A stretch of DNA of 64,000 nt, taken from contig CP089275.1 of NCBI GenBank assembly GCA_023920165.1, positions 2,356,001 through 2,420,000 on the forward strand. Reading direction: 5' to 3'. The notes under the pieces were generated by a model. It was given only the letters and a program-made list of their open reading frames with translations. It searched no databases and was not told the DNA's origin. The position numbers and the translations under genes were made by a program. The DNA comes from Curvularia clavata (Eukaryota). Shown in pieces: positions 48,870-63,199 of the stretch (positions within the stretch are counted from its first letter, which is position 1; each line of letters opens with the position of its first letter).

Positions 48870-50230
48870 GATGGGTGGGTTACGAGCAACTCTACTAGAG
48901 AAGGCGAGTTGGGTTAAAGAGGGACAAGATGAGGGATCGAGCAGACCCTGGGAGCGATGCTCTTTAATGCAAGTGCTGGATCAGCAGGAGGGGGAGGGGA
49001 GCACTAGACATTTATCCCGTTGTGCTGGTGAATAGGGCTCTCGGAACAAACGACCAGGGCATGCAGACACGGTGCACGAGCCGACAGCTTGGCAACCCTC
49101 CATGAGGGTGGCAGGCTAGGCATCCTGCTGATAGGCTGGCGCAGCGTGTGGTTGGCTGCGGGCACACGAGCACAAGAAGCGTTTGGCGTAGCGGACAGGG
49201 CTAGCAGGGAGGGTGAGTTGGCACCCCCGCGGCGGCTCTTGGGCGTAGCTTGGGATAGCTTGGGACCTCCCCACAAGAGCAAAGCGGCCGGTGGCGTCGA
49301 GGCTTCTGGGGGGCCATTTGCTCAGACGCGGCCGCTACGGCGGAGATTGGGCCCAAAGCGGACTGATAACGAGGCCGAGTGAATGTGTCGAGCAGCCTTC
49401 TAGCAGTGTTTCTAGAACGCTGATTGCATTGCTGGGCCGCCCGGTCCCGCCGTGGTTGGCTGCGCTTTGTGTCGGATCCGACGCCGCATTCCTTGCCAGC
49501 TGCCTGTCCCGGGAGGGCTGCGAGAGGCGCAACGGGAGCGTCTGGCGTGCATGCGGTTGTCGGGAGTGCGAGGGCCATGATGGGCGCTCGTATACTGACT
49601 GCACGCACCGTAGGCCATGTCGTCTGGAGAAGCGTCTCACGTGTCTCCACTACCATGTGCACCTGCCTAACCGGGCCTAGTGCCCCGGGCACCCGCCTTC
49701 TCTCCACCCTCGGTTAGCCCGACATCTCCAACCATGCATCCATCCACCGTGTCGACAGCTGTACCGGTGGCGCGGCGAAGCGCCCTCGACAGTTCCCATT
49801 CCAATACCAAGCCAAGACGGCCAGCAGCACCCATCCATAACGACCTGCCTCTGTGGTTGCGGCGCGGGCTACAGCGGGCACAGCACCGAGTGCAGCGTGA
49901 CATTGCCTATCTAAAATCTTACCGAGCCTCGCCCCTTTTGCTCGTTTCAGTTGCCCTCAGTTACTAGCCCCCCTTCCGCTTCAACACCGCCGCCACCGCT
50001 AGACCGGTTACCGACACCGTTATCAGCGCGCGTGGGGAATAACGCAATCCCAATCTCTGCTTAAAGAGACGCGACATCGCTCCTGTGTCTTGGATTCTCG
50101 AGGGCAAATGAGTCGTCCCACCGTGTCCTGATTCACCCTTACTGATGATACCCGACCGACCAATCGCTACTGCGCACCCGCCCTCTTCCCCAACCGTCCT
50201 AGCTTAGGCTTTCCACCAAATAGGCCTGCA

Positions 50231-50282
50231 TGTCTTGGACTCTTAGTGTCTTGGACTCTTGGAACTCTTGGAACTCTTGGAC
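50231..50282. repeat. Short degenerate tandem repeat ((A)CTCTTGGA units)
   Basis: tgtcttggactcttagtgtcttggactcttggaactcttggaactcttggac. Confidence 0.7.
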
Positions 50283-51249
50283 GCTTGCATTCCTATCTGG
50301 GTCCGTCTACCCGTCGTCAGCTTGGACACCTCGAGCATCCCGCCCACCTGGCGACGCTGTAGACGCGCAACACCACCCCGGGACCCACGGCTCCGTTATC
50401 GCAGCGTGTCAAATTCGAATTGCAAACGCTCGCTTGTCGTCTCTAGCGCTGCTCCACTGATAACCAGCTGTCTGAGCTTCGCAACTTGGGGTGCCTCGAT
50501 CCGCGTCTAGGATCCACCATGTCCACTTTTCTCCATGGCCAGCCAACCTCAGCTCTCGCAATATCCTCTCCCACCAGCGACGCTGCTCCTCTAGAGTTTG
50601 TCGGTAGCCAATACAAACACAAACTATTGCACCAGGTCCAAGTCTAGCACCCTTAGCATGACCAGTTTACGGCCTCTCCAACACGACGGTTCCTACGCTA
50701 GGCGCGTCTACCCACATTCTGGCCGTAGCACAGAGCACCGTACAATCACCCGTTGCACCGAATGCCTGGTCCAAAATCCTCAGTCTACCGAGAATAGCGC
50801 CTTGATGTGGTCCACCGTCTGTTATCGCAGCAAACTACGATCGGCAATGGTAGTAATCAAGGGCACATCTTTGCGCAATCTATTTGCTGACACAAGATCA
50901 ATGATTGGCTCCATCGGCCGCCATTCAACGTCACCAACCTCGCCAAGCCGCCTTTCGCCCGCCCCAGCCAGGCTACGCCCGTCAGGCTTTCTCTCGCTGC
51001 ACGCAACAATGATTCTTGCCACAACGCGCCACTTTGTCTGTGAGATGCGTGGCCTCGATCATACATGTGTAGGTGGCTTTTTTTGGTGTACGCCACCGTA
51101 TACGTAAGATTTTATTCTAGCTCCATGGCGACTACCATCCCCGCACGCCAGTGCACACATTAGTGTACACACCGAAAAACATTCAGGTTTACAATCATCC
51201 CCGGTACCCGCTCTAAGCAGCATTCTAGAAAGATAATCGCTGCGGGCCA

Positions 51250-52187
51250 CTAGGTTGTTCCCTGATATTGGCTCACTCGTTTGATCCCGAACAGGGTCGT
51301 GCATATTGCAGCCGAACTCAGGACCTGCCTGAGACGATTGTAGGTGTACCTGTATGGACTAGCCATGCTGTAGCGCTGGCGGCATCTACAAAGCTTGATT
51401 AGCTTGATGAGCCCTTTTCGAGAAAACTCCGCTATTGTTCTCCCCGCTTTTCTTGTCTTTGTATCACCCAATGGATTTCTGATTAGTCGCTCTTGGATCT
51501 GTTGGCTAATATTTTCTCCGCCACACCCCTACCACGTCTTTTTGCTCTTGGCCAGTCGCCCTACCATCTTTATTTCTTGCTGCTTCTGCAGCAACAAGAA
51601 TTGGTAGTACTCCAGGCTCCTCGATTCTTGGCTCTGTGTTAATCTCGCTACGTTGCGACCTCTTCTTGCGTCAACACTATAGATGAATACTTTTTATCTA
51701 GAAAATCAGCCCATGGTGTCCTTCATAGCTCCATCAATGATCCAAAGGGAAGCTAGGATGACATTTGCGAGAGACGCAGAAATCACTCCCAAGGTTGAGA
51801 AATGGGTCTACTGGCGACGGTGGTTATACCACGTCTGGGTTAAGATCAGGAGAAAAGGGGATCCGTGGTGTACGGCCGTTGTATCCAGTTAGTAACGCAT
51901 ACGTTGCGCGCTATGGTGAAGTAGATGAGCCGCATACTTGTTGACTTCAAAGCAGGTATTTTGATGAGAGCCAGTCGCGGTCAAATCGATGCCATCACAT
52001 GTTTATCTTTAACCCCAGGCGACTCGATTCCCAGCAAGTGAAAACATCCACCGCATGAACCTTGCTGTCGATCATCAAACACAGCTAAGACAACAGATGA
52101 CTCGATGTGGAGGATGGAAATACCAGATATCTTACCACTTGGACTGTGGAAAGTCTTCGGCTTCGTCGCATTTGTAATTGCTTCCAT
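51250..52187 (-). pseudogene. Probable decayed gene with a relic intron
   Basis: One frame is kept from ATG 52187 across an intron-like GTATGC...ACTAAC...CAA (51879-51937) to 51250, with five in-frame stops. Confidence 0.45.
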
Positions 52188-52892
52188 AACTCAGCGTTGG
52201 TCGTTATCTTTTACGACCTCCGATCCAGCAAGTTGGGAGTAGATATTGTCCAATAATAAGATTTATTGTACGGAGTTTGAGGAGTTTGATTAACGTCCGT
52301 GTCCGGCGTTATGCATAGTGCGTATAGACCCTCATGGATTCTAGCGCTATACCACTTCTCATATGACTATGCGTGGGAAGTCTTCACATACTGTGCCGGA
52401 AGTTTGCAGTACGCCAAGCAGCGCTCTGCACTTGGCGTCCAGGGCTTTGAAGTCAATCACGCTTAAATGCCTGTCATGTGTGCGAGCACTGCATAAAGAC
52501 TACGGCACATCCTGGCTAGCACAATCTGCTTTCATAGCATGTTCTACAGAAGGGCTTAGCGTCCAGTGAAAGGCGTCTTGGCTTGGGGCGTTATTTTTCA
52601 TATGGTCAGTTGTGCGCCAAAAAATGGCAAAATAAGATGATACAGCTGAGGGTGAGCTAGTGGCCCTGTAAACAGCGAAATGAACACCATTGTCATTTCA
52701 TTCTACTGCCGCGAGTATTTTGATAAAGGCGTAACCACTGTTTTTTTTTTGTTAGGATTGCAGCGTGGACACGAGATCGAGAGAACATACCTTCGCTCTG
52801 TGTGTAACGCGCATCTCCCAATGTCCACCAAACAGGCATAGCACATTTGATTCAGTGTCCCAATTGACTATATTTACAGGACTTGCTTTCAA

Positions 52893-53237
52893 TTATGTAA
52901 CTGTTGCACCTACCTTTTCGAGTACGCCTAGGATCTCATCAAATCCCAAGAAACGCAGCCTTTGATTCCAAGACGAAATCATTGCCGAGGAGGCTTGTAT
53001 TTTGGTGGGTGAAGGCAAGATCTGGACGTCTCGAAATACGTGGAACAACGATTTTGGTGGTAGTCTTGGTGGAAGTTTTACTTTTCCGCAATGTTTCTCG
53101 TCGATTTTCTCTGGCACTTCCTTCTAGGCCGGTCGGACCTAAGTTATTTGCTAATGGGGCCAGTGTCTGTACGTCTTGTCCTAGGGGAAGGGCAAAAGTC
53201 GGAGCGGCGATGGCTAGGAAAACGTGCTGAATCGCCT
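52893..53237 (-). pseudogene. Probable dead small secreted-protein gene
   Basis: AGG CGA TTC AGC AC- GTT TTC CTA GCC ATC GCC GCT CCG ACT TTT GCC CTT CCC reads as [M]RFSTVFLAIAAPTFALPL if one ATG>AGG change and one 1-nt deletion are assumed. Confidence 0.45.
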
Positions 53238-54532
53238 TTCCAGCGTGATTGGTGGTGGCAAGTCTAGGCTTTGCGGAGCTTGAATCAACAATGATGCGTA
53301 TTTAGTCTTGATGACTATGAAGCACAATGCTGCGTTGCATCGAAGAACACTTATTAGTGAGATTTTTGGCGATACCTGGAACGGTAATCTGCCGTGGTAG
53401 GTGATGAGCGATTGCCGGGCTTGTAGCTCGGGTTTGGGCTTATCTGAACAGAGGTGGATGTATAAGAGCAGCAAACAGATTCATAATCTCATCGAATAAT
53501 ATAAATATGAACAAATCTCAAACTTCACTAGCTTCTATTACTTTACAGCAGTATATCGTCCTTCAATAACTACATTGTTTGACAGCAACCAAGACTGATC
53601 TAGAGCGTCTACCCTATATCTGGAAAAATTTCCTTGGCTCTGTAGAGTCCTTTCCCATCGTAACTTCTAGTCCGTTACTTCGAAACCAATAGCATTTCAG
53701 GATTAGTGATTTGGTGCAATCCTTCTTTCGTTCAACCTAGGCATATATATGTGTATACGATCGCCTTCGTACTGTACATCTCACCAACTTTGATTTACAC
53801 CACAGAGATTGAAATCTTGACGAAACATCAATGCTTGTTCTGAAACAGACTTCATTGATCAATCTATGTCCACCTGCGGACTTTTCATCATCGTTGAAAC
53901 CCCCAGTGAGCTTGACTTCGTTTTACTTGGTTCCCTTTCTCAGAAACGACCGGGGAAGATAGCGAAGCTATTGGAATCATTCATTCGAGACGAATACACC
54001 TGGATTAGAATTTAGTTTTCACCAAAGATTAGCCCGGTAGTTCGTAGAGTAGCTTTCTGTGTAGGTCAGCGTTGTATGGTACATTTACAGCTCCCAGAAC
54101 TGCGTCACATCTTACCCCAGTCAATACTATCCGCCCTCACTTTATAGATGCTTGTGTCAAGGACTGCTGGCTTTTGGAAGCTTTGTTCTGAACAACAAAA
54201 CTGAAGATGGCAAAGTTGAATTAACTCTGATGGCTTTCTTTTGGTAGAGTACATAAGTACCAAAGGCAGATGTGTACAAATACAAATAGTCAGGTTTGTG
54301 CTGCAAGGCTTTTGTACAGGTGAGATGAGAGAAATCGTAGGGTTATCAAAGAATGACACCAGGTCCTTCTCATATACAAGTTCATTCATACGTTTTTTGA
54401 GTATGGCGCGTGATCAACATGCACTCCTGGACCCCAATATACACTGCCATCGCCTATGCTTGATCGTACCGAAGTAATAACCACCTCTCAGATACCAAAC
54501 CTTGGCACGGATCGAAACGAAATGATGGTCAA

Positions 54533-55324
54533 CTACAAAGCCTTGGCACCCTTGTACCTGCCCGTTTTGAGGTTGAAGGCGCGCTGGTCCTTCAACCACC
54601 GCCTGTACCCGGCTACACTTCCAATCTTCTCGCCATAGTAGTCCGGAGGAGGATTCGCCAGCGACGACGCTGTAGGGTCAACACGATGGCGCTTGATCCG
54701 GTTGAAGAAGGCGGAGTCTTTCTATAGAGAATGTATTAGTAATCTCTCAATTTTCGCCTGACGGGAAGATGCGACACAACATACCCTTGTGAACTCGTTG
54801 ATTACACCCCTGTACGCCAGATTAAAGACTTGGTTGCCGAAGACAGGGCCAATGAGCCATCCGACGCCCATCATGCCCAGGGTGCTCAGGCCCATGAGCA
54901 TGAAAGGGTCGAAGCCGCCGAGCTGCGCTGAGAGCGTTGCATCATAGCCATTGTTGATCATGGTTGTGAGACCAAAGTAAGTGACGCCTATAGCGCCAAT
55001 GCCAGAGCATGCCTGGCCAATTCGTCGGCGCGTTCGGCGCAGCGCGAAGAAAGCGTCCCATGTGAGCTGGGGCTGCTCACTGCCTGGAGAGTTATTGGTC
55101 ATGGACTGTGCAGGCTTCGTTGATGCATATCGCATTGGCCATTTGCTGCTGGCAAGTCTGCCGCAAGACGTCGTCGTGGGGCGATTGCGTTGTTGGGGGA
55201 GTGGGCTTGGACGTGTGCGTGTCGAAAAGGAAGCGGTTGCGCTTGATGTTGAAGGGGCGAGTATCGCGGACGGGAACCGATTAGCAAAGGCCCTTGCCGG
55301 GCATAATGCACTTCGTGTCAGCAT
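54533..55324 (-). CDS. PAM17: Presequence translocase-associated motor subunit PAM17
   Basis: R/S-rich mitochondrial presequence, LTWDAFFALR and GWLIGP. After intron 54722-54784: FFNRIKRHRVDP...NPPPDYYGEKIGSVAGYRRWLKDQRAFN. Confidence 0.93.
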
Positions 55325-56123
55325 GTTTGTCGGGTGTGGATGTTGAAGAGGTGGGTCAAGCGTGCACCGTGAACTTTCCAATGATGTTGCGATGTCTTGG
55401 CGACTGTGGAGAAGCGCCGCTTTGCTAGGAACTGCTCCTACCACTACAGTGCAGCCACTGAGCAACCCATTTTGACAAAATGCACTTGTCAGTTCTTGGG
55501 GAACAAAATTAGCCAAAAGAATGGAAGGGTCAGGTATTTAAGCAGCTGTGGTAAGTTTGGCTGTGAGCCTGTGAGTCTGGCTGTTTGGTGGGGCTGTCTG
55601 TATTCAGCTACCTATAGTAGCGAGTCATTTGGAAAATGCCAAACATCAACATTAGGTCTTCCACTAGAGACTGGAGCTTCGGGCGCCTATCAAAGCCGGT
55701 AGGCAATAACAGTAGGATCTCATGGTTGACTCAAAGAAACGGAACCAAACAATAGCACCCCGTACCATGATTAGATGACGAAGTCCCATTCCTTTCGGCC
55801 GGGGAATACCGAGCTTAGCATTCTAGCGGCTTGAAGACAATATCATATGCCTTTGTTGTCGGCTTTTACTACTGGCAGGTTTACTAGTTCACTACCTTTT
55901 TCCGAGGAGATGCTCGACATGCCGGGAAAACACCGCATGCTTATCCGACGACACATTTTCGATTGCGTATTTATTCACTATCATGATATCTTCTCGTATT
56001 GGTGTAGCTACAGTCAACAAATGTTAAATATTTTGATTTACACCCTTGTCAGCCAGCCGAGTCAAACTTTCAACTGTAATCCGACTAAGTACAACCGAAT
56101 CTTTTTGTTACGACCAATCCAAA

Positions 56124-57411
56124 ATGTCTGAAAGGATGAATCCCGTGCAAGAGCTAAAGCAAGACTATCCATGGGTGGAACATCCCTTAGTTGTAGGGGC
56201 ACCAATGCGCCTCATCTCCCTGGCGGAAATGGCAGTAGACGTATCAAAAGCTCGTGAGTTTCAACCATGATCATTCCTTCCGACGCATCCCAATATCCCA
56301 CATTCAAACATTTCGTCCTAGTCGCAAATGACTACAGAAGCATCAGAATTCTCTGAGAACGCAATGAACCGCATCCGAAACAAAAGCCCTCGCTCACAAC
56401 TATGCAGATGGTATCGGCTTCATAGGCACAGGAACCGACATTTCTACGCTCCCTCAAAATCTCTCTCATGCCCAAGAACTTCTCGAGCAATGCAACCCAC
56501 CATTATCAACCTCCTCCTCTACTCTACCAATAGGCATTGGCTTCATTAACTGGGGCTGTCCCCTCGAACCCTCTCTCTCTCTCATTGCCCAGTACAGGCC
56601 TTGCGCAGTGTGGTTCTTCGCGCCGTCTTCGCCCTCGTCGCTTGAAGCTTGGGTCCATGGCACGCGGACAGCTAGCCCAGCCACAAAAATCTGGATTCAG
56701 GTCGGCAGCGTCCGTGAAGCTGTCGACGCAACGACACGTACGCAGCCGGACGTTCTCGTTGTTCAAGGCACCGCCGATAGTGGGGGCCATGGTCTTGTAC
56801 GAGGTGCCAGTCTAATCACTCTCGCCCCAGAAGTATGTGCAGCGCTTGATGCTATACCTAGTCGCCGGCCTGTCGTCCTTGCAGCAGGAGGTTTAACCAC
56901 TGCCCGTTCAGCTGCAGCCTCTTTCCTTCTCGGCGCCAGCGGCGTCGTCCTAGGCACGAGGTTACTTGCCACGCCACAAGCCTGTATCCACCCGGGCTAT
57001 AAGGCTAGCTTACTTTCCGCCACTGATGGTGGGCAGACTACGGTTCGCACCAAACTGTATGATTTTCTGCGTGGTACTACGGGCTGGCCTGACACACATA
57101 ATGCCCGAGCAATTACAAATCAGAGCTTTGTGGATGCGACGAAAGGAATGTCCGACGTGAGGAACAAGGAGTTATATGAACAAGTTTTGGCGAGGGTCGA
57201 GGCTGAGCAGCAGCAGCAAGATCAAGGACAAAAGGAAGACGAAGCCTGGGGCGAAAAGGGCAGATTGACTATGTATGCGGGTACGGGGATAGGGTTAATT
57301 ACTGAGATTAAAGACGCCGGCGATGTAGTCCGCGAGATTCGGGATGGTGTACGTGAGATTTTACAAGGAGCTGCTTTGCTTGTTGATACTGCTGAGAAGC
57401 GCAAGTTATGA
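56124..57411 (+). CDS. Nitronate monooxygenase / 2-nitropropane dioxygenase family flavoprotein
   Basis: PLVVGAPM, GIGFIG (after intron 56254-56407), WIQVGSV, VVQG-x-DSGGHG, VLAAGG, GVVLGTR and YAGTGIG. Confidence 0.9.
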
Positions 57412-57681
57412 AGACAATCTGAGTGAAGTCTATCTCAAATTGTAATGATAGGACATGAATGTTCTAGTTCCTGTACTTCTTCTGCTTCATTAAACTACTA
57501 CTACTACAGCATGGTTGGTTTCAACAACACTCCCATGCCTACAAGTCTAAGTCCGGCGCATGACCCGTTCATACATTATTATCGAATGGCCAGATGAGAA
57601 AATAGACATCTACGTCGTTAAACCATTCTTTCCCTCCTTCCGTTTCCCTAGGTGCACTCCAGTACCAAAAAAAAGAATGAA

Positions 57682-59309
57682 TTACAACTCGCTGTTTCTC
57701 CTCTCCCACTCCACGATAGCAGGCGCTAGAGGGCGAGAGAACAAACTCGAGTAATCGGTTCCAACAATGTCCCTGCTACCACCGACATTCCTAATCTTGA
57801 ACTCGCGCACAAACGCAACAAGTATAGTCTGCAGTTGGAGGTAGGCAAACTGCTCGCCAATACATCGGTGCCTTCCGGCGCCAAAGGGCAGGTACGGCGA
57901 GTTAGTTCCCTTTGAGACGACACCCCAACCATAGTCAATTTTCTCGTCGTTCGCATCGTCGGCCTCATAGTTGTGCTGGTCCGCGTCCCATCGGTGTGGG
58001 TCCCAGACGGAAGGGTTGACAAAGTGGGTGTCGAGTTGGGCTGAGAAACCAGGTGAGGACATGAGGTCATGAGAGGTGGGGACAACATAATTGGTGCCAT
58101 CGACAACAAGAGGCTGCTTGACCTTGCGCATAATGGAGTGGATCGGGGCGTGAAGACGGAGGGTTTCCTTGACAACTTGGGAGTGGAGGGGGAGCTTCTG
58201 GAGATCTTCGTAGGTCAGAGCAGGCAGATTCTCGCCCATAACCGACTTTTGCTCGGCGATGAGCTCTTCTACGACTTCGGGGTTCTGTGCCAAGCGGAGC
58301 AAAATCCAGGAGATGGTCGAAGACGACGAGTGCTGGCCAGCCATAAGTAGAGCGATCATAATCCCGGCGATTTCATGCTCAGGAATCGGTGTGCCGTCCT
58401 TGTACTTGCAGTCCATCAGGTGCCAGATCATGTCATGTGAGTTCTTCTTAACATTACCCGACCTTCGCTTGCGAACCACCTCAGAGTACAGCTTGATCAT
58501 TGTCTCACGCGCATTGTCGCGGGCACGGTTATGCGGGAGCGGGGCCCAGGAAAGCATAAAGTTGATGGGGGAGAAGCCCATGTCGAGGTCGTGGTATAGC
58601 TCGGCAAACTTGGAGTCGAATGAGCGGCGGATTTCCTCGCCCTGGAGTGATCGAGAGGCAGTGTAGATGGTGAGCTCGGCCATGACCTTGGGGACGTTGA
58701 AAGTGCCCTTTTGTCCCTTGAAAGTCTTGTGGCGCTTGAAGAAGTCTTCGCATTCTTGTGTGATGAGGGTAACGTAGGAGCGGAGGGCCTCTTGCGTCAG
58801 ACCAAACTTGACGAACTGTCGTGGATGTAAGCAGGCTGCGCAAAAGATGACACGAGAAAACGCACCTTCTTTTGCTCCATGAGCTTCGAGTTAGGGCAGT
58901 CGTACACGACGTCCTTGCCAAACACAGGCGTGGTGAGAGGAGAGTATATCTCCTCGGCATTGACATCCTTGATCTTTCCGTTGAGGATGAAGTTGTTGCC
59001 AGTAGTGTCGAGGCAGACGGTCATCTTGCGGCCCAGGAGAATAAACGTGAAGACGTTGCCGTACTTCTTGTGGTTGGCGAAGAAGAAGGCGTACGGATCC
59101 ATGCCATAGGTGATGGTGCTGCCAATGATAGGCAGCCAGTGGAAGACGACGGGGGGCTCATTGGGGTTCTTGAACAGCAGCTGCTTCAGGACGTTGAGCA
59201 CAACAGAAAGTAGGATAAAGGAGGCGAAGCCAGCGGCGACGACAACGGGCATGGATGAGTTGGAGGCGAATTCGCCCACTGGGCCGGCAACAGCGGCAAA
59301 GACACCCAT
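57682..59309 (-). CDS. CYP51: Sterol 14-alpha-demethylase (CYP51, probably the B paralogue)
   Basis: Motifs [43 protein letters not shown] and heme-binding [10 protein letters not shown]. Single intron 58816-58865. Confidence 0.98.
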
Positions 59310-59758
59310 GATGGATGCACAGCAAGAAGTAACGAGAGTAGTAAAGGGAGCGTGGAGTGACACTGTTGAGGGGACGCGCCCTCATAAATTTCCCAGACGG
59401 TGAGGGCGAAGCAGGGGCATATCCGTCCAATCACACAGCCAGCTGCCTCTGTCGTACAGGGCGGTCTGCTAGTGGACCACGCAGTCTTGGCAGGGACGGA
59501 TCACGGGTCAAAGTGGATCCTTAGGGAGAACATGGCACCATTGACAGGTCAGCGTCGTGTCATTGGCTCTGCGAGCAACATCACCTCATGGTTACCTGGT
59601 CTGCAAAAGATGCAGAGACGTGTAGGGTCTCCATTTGAATTACACTAGTCATGCTGGGACGATGCCATCGCCCGTTGTTGTACATATCTCCCTTCGGCTC
59701 TAGTGCCCATAACGCCCAGATACGCCAAACGCTCACTTCAAGTCAGAAAACACTGTTG

Positions 59759-62014
<2,256 letters not shown>

Positions 62015-62401
62015 CTTGGGATGGAAGAGAGGGTGAAGATGAGTGAGCAGGTGGGTCAAGGCAGCGGCGAGTCAATGCGGACGGCGTGTACAGCCGTATC
62101 TAGCATCGCACAACGCTGCAACAGTGGGTGCTGATGGAATTGGTACTATGGTAACGACGAGTCCAAGGGTGGAGAGCTGGGGGCACTAGGCTACACTGAG
62201 GTCCGAGATGCAGCTGCCTGGCCGCTTTGCGTGTTTCGGCAGGGCCGCCAAGTCTGGACGCCGGGGAACAGGACCTACCCCTGCTTACCGAGTCTTAGCG
62301 TGACAGGGGCGGATATGAGTGGCCCGGATGGCTTCCCCGCCGCCGACGTCGTCCTGCCCATCAACTCGACTGTACGCAGTACTCTGCTGGGAACCCCAAC
62401 A

Positions 62402-63146
62402 ATGCCGCAAGCCTTTCCACTCCTTGGCAATGCCGACTTTGAGCAAGGTTGCGCAGGCCTGCTGCACAAGTTCCAGCAGATTCGCAGCCTGCAAGACGAA
62501 TGGCTTTCTATGGACAAGATGTGCCGAAATGACACTGCCCTGCTCAGAATCACAAAGCCCCTCATCACGCGAGGGGTACATTGCGGCACAAACGCCAGAG
62601 ACGTCACCGGAGAGGACCCGGCCGAGGCTGTAGAAGATGATGAGGTGCGTCTGGGCCTATATGCCTATGGGTTGGAGCGCACCACTCATCGAGACGAGAT
62701 AGGAGGCCCTCACCGAGACTGCAGTGGTCCCGGCAATCATCACATACGACGCCATTGTCTCTCCAGTGTACCGGGTTCCAGTGTTGTATTTTTACATACA
62801 AGATTCGCTGCACCGATATCCGCCTACCATGACCACTCTGTATGAGCATCTCGTCGTGCCGCACTTCAGGCCGCAGACGCAAAATACGGGGGTCCTTGGA
62901 GGCATTACCATCGCGGTATGACTGGACCAATGATGCGGTGCCAGAACTGGAACTCACTTTTGGCAGGATCACCCAGTTACAAATAGACCTGTGTTCTTGA
63001 TCCATCCCTGCCAGACCGCTCAAGTTATGGAAGCGGCTATACACAACGACACTACGCCCGAGCAATATCTCATTGCCTGGATCGGTGCGCTGGGCAAGCC
63101 CGTAGGCCTGAACGTGCCATTGGCACTTGCAAAGAACTGTGAATGA
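62402..63146 (+). CDS. ATG10: Autophagy E2-like conjugating enzyme Atg10
   Basis: SPVYRVPVLYF, DHPVTNRPVFLIHPCQT (catalytic HPC) and YLIAWIG. Introns ~62646-62702 and ~62916-62966. Confidence 0.88.
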
Positions 63147-63199
63147 TACACGGACCTGAGTCTGTCATTGTACATGATTTAAAAAGTATAGTACACCGC

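Noticed and set aside
49000..51100. ORFs upstream of the amino-acid permease
   Set aside because: No recognisable domains; consistent with a long GC-rich promoter containing scattered GATA words.
53124..53216. Five in-frame TAG stops in about 32 codons, first read as RIP-mutated Gln codons
   Set aside because: They are explained by CTA/TTA Leu codons followed by G in the adjacent, signal-peptide-like frame.
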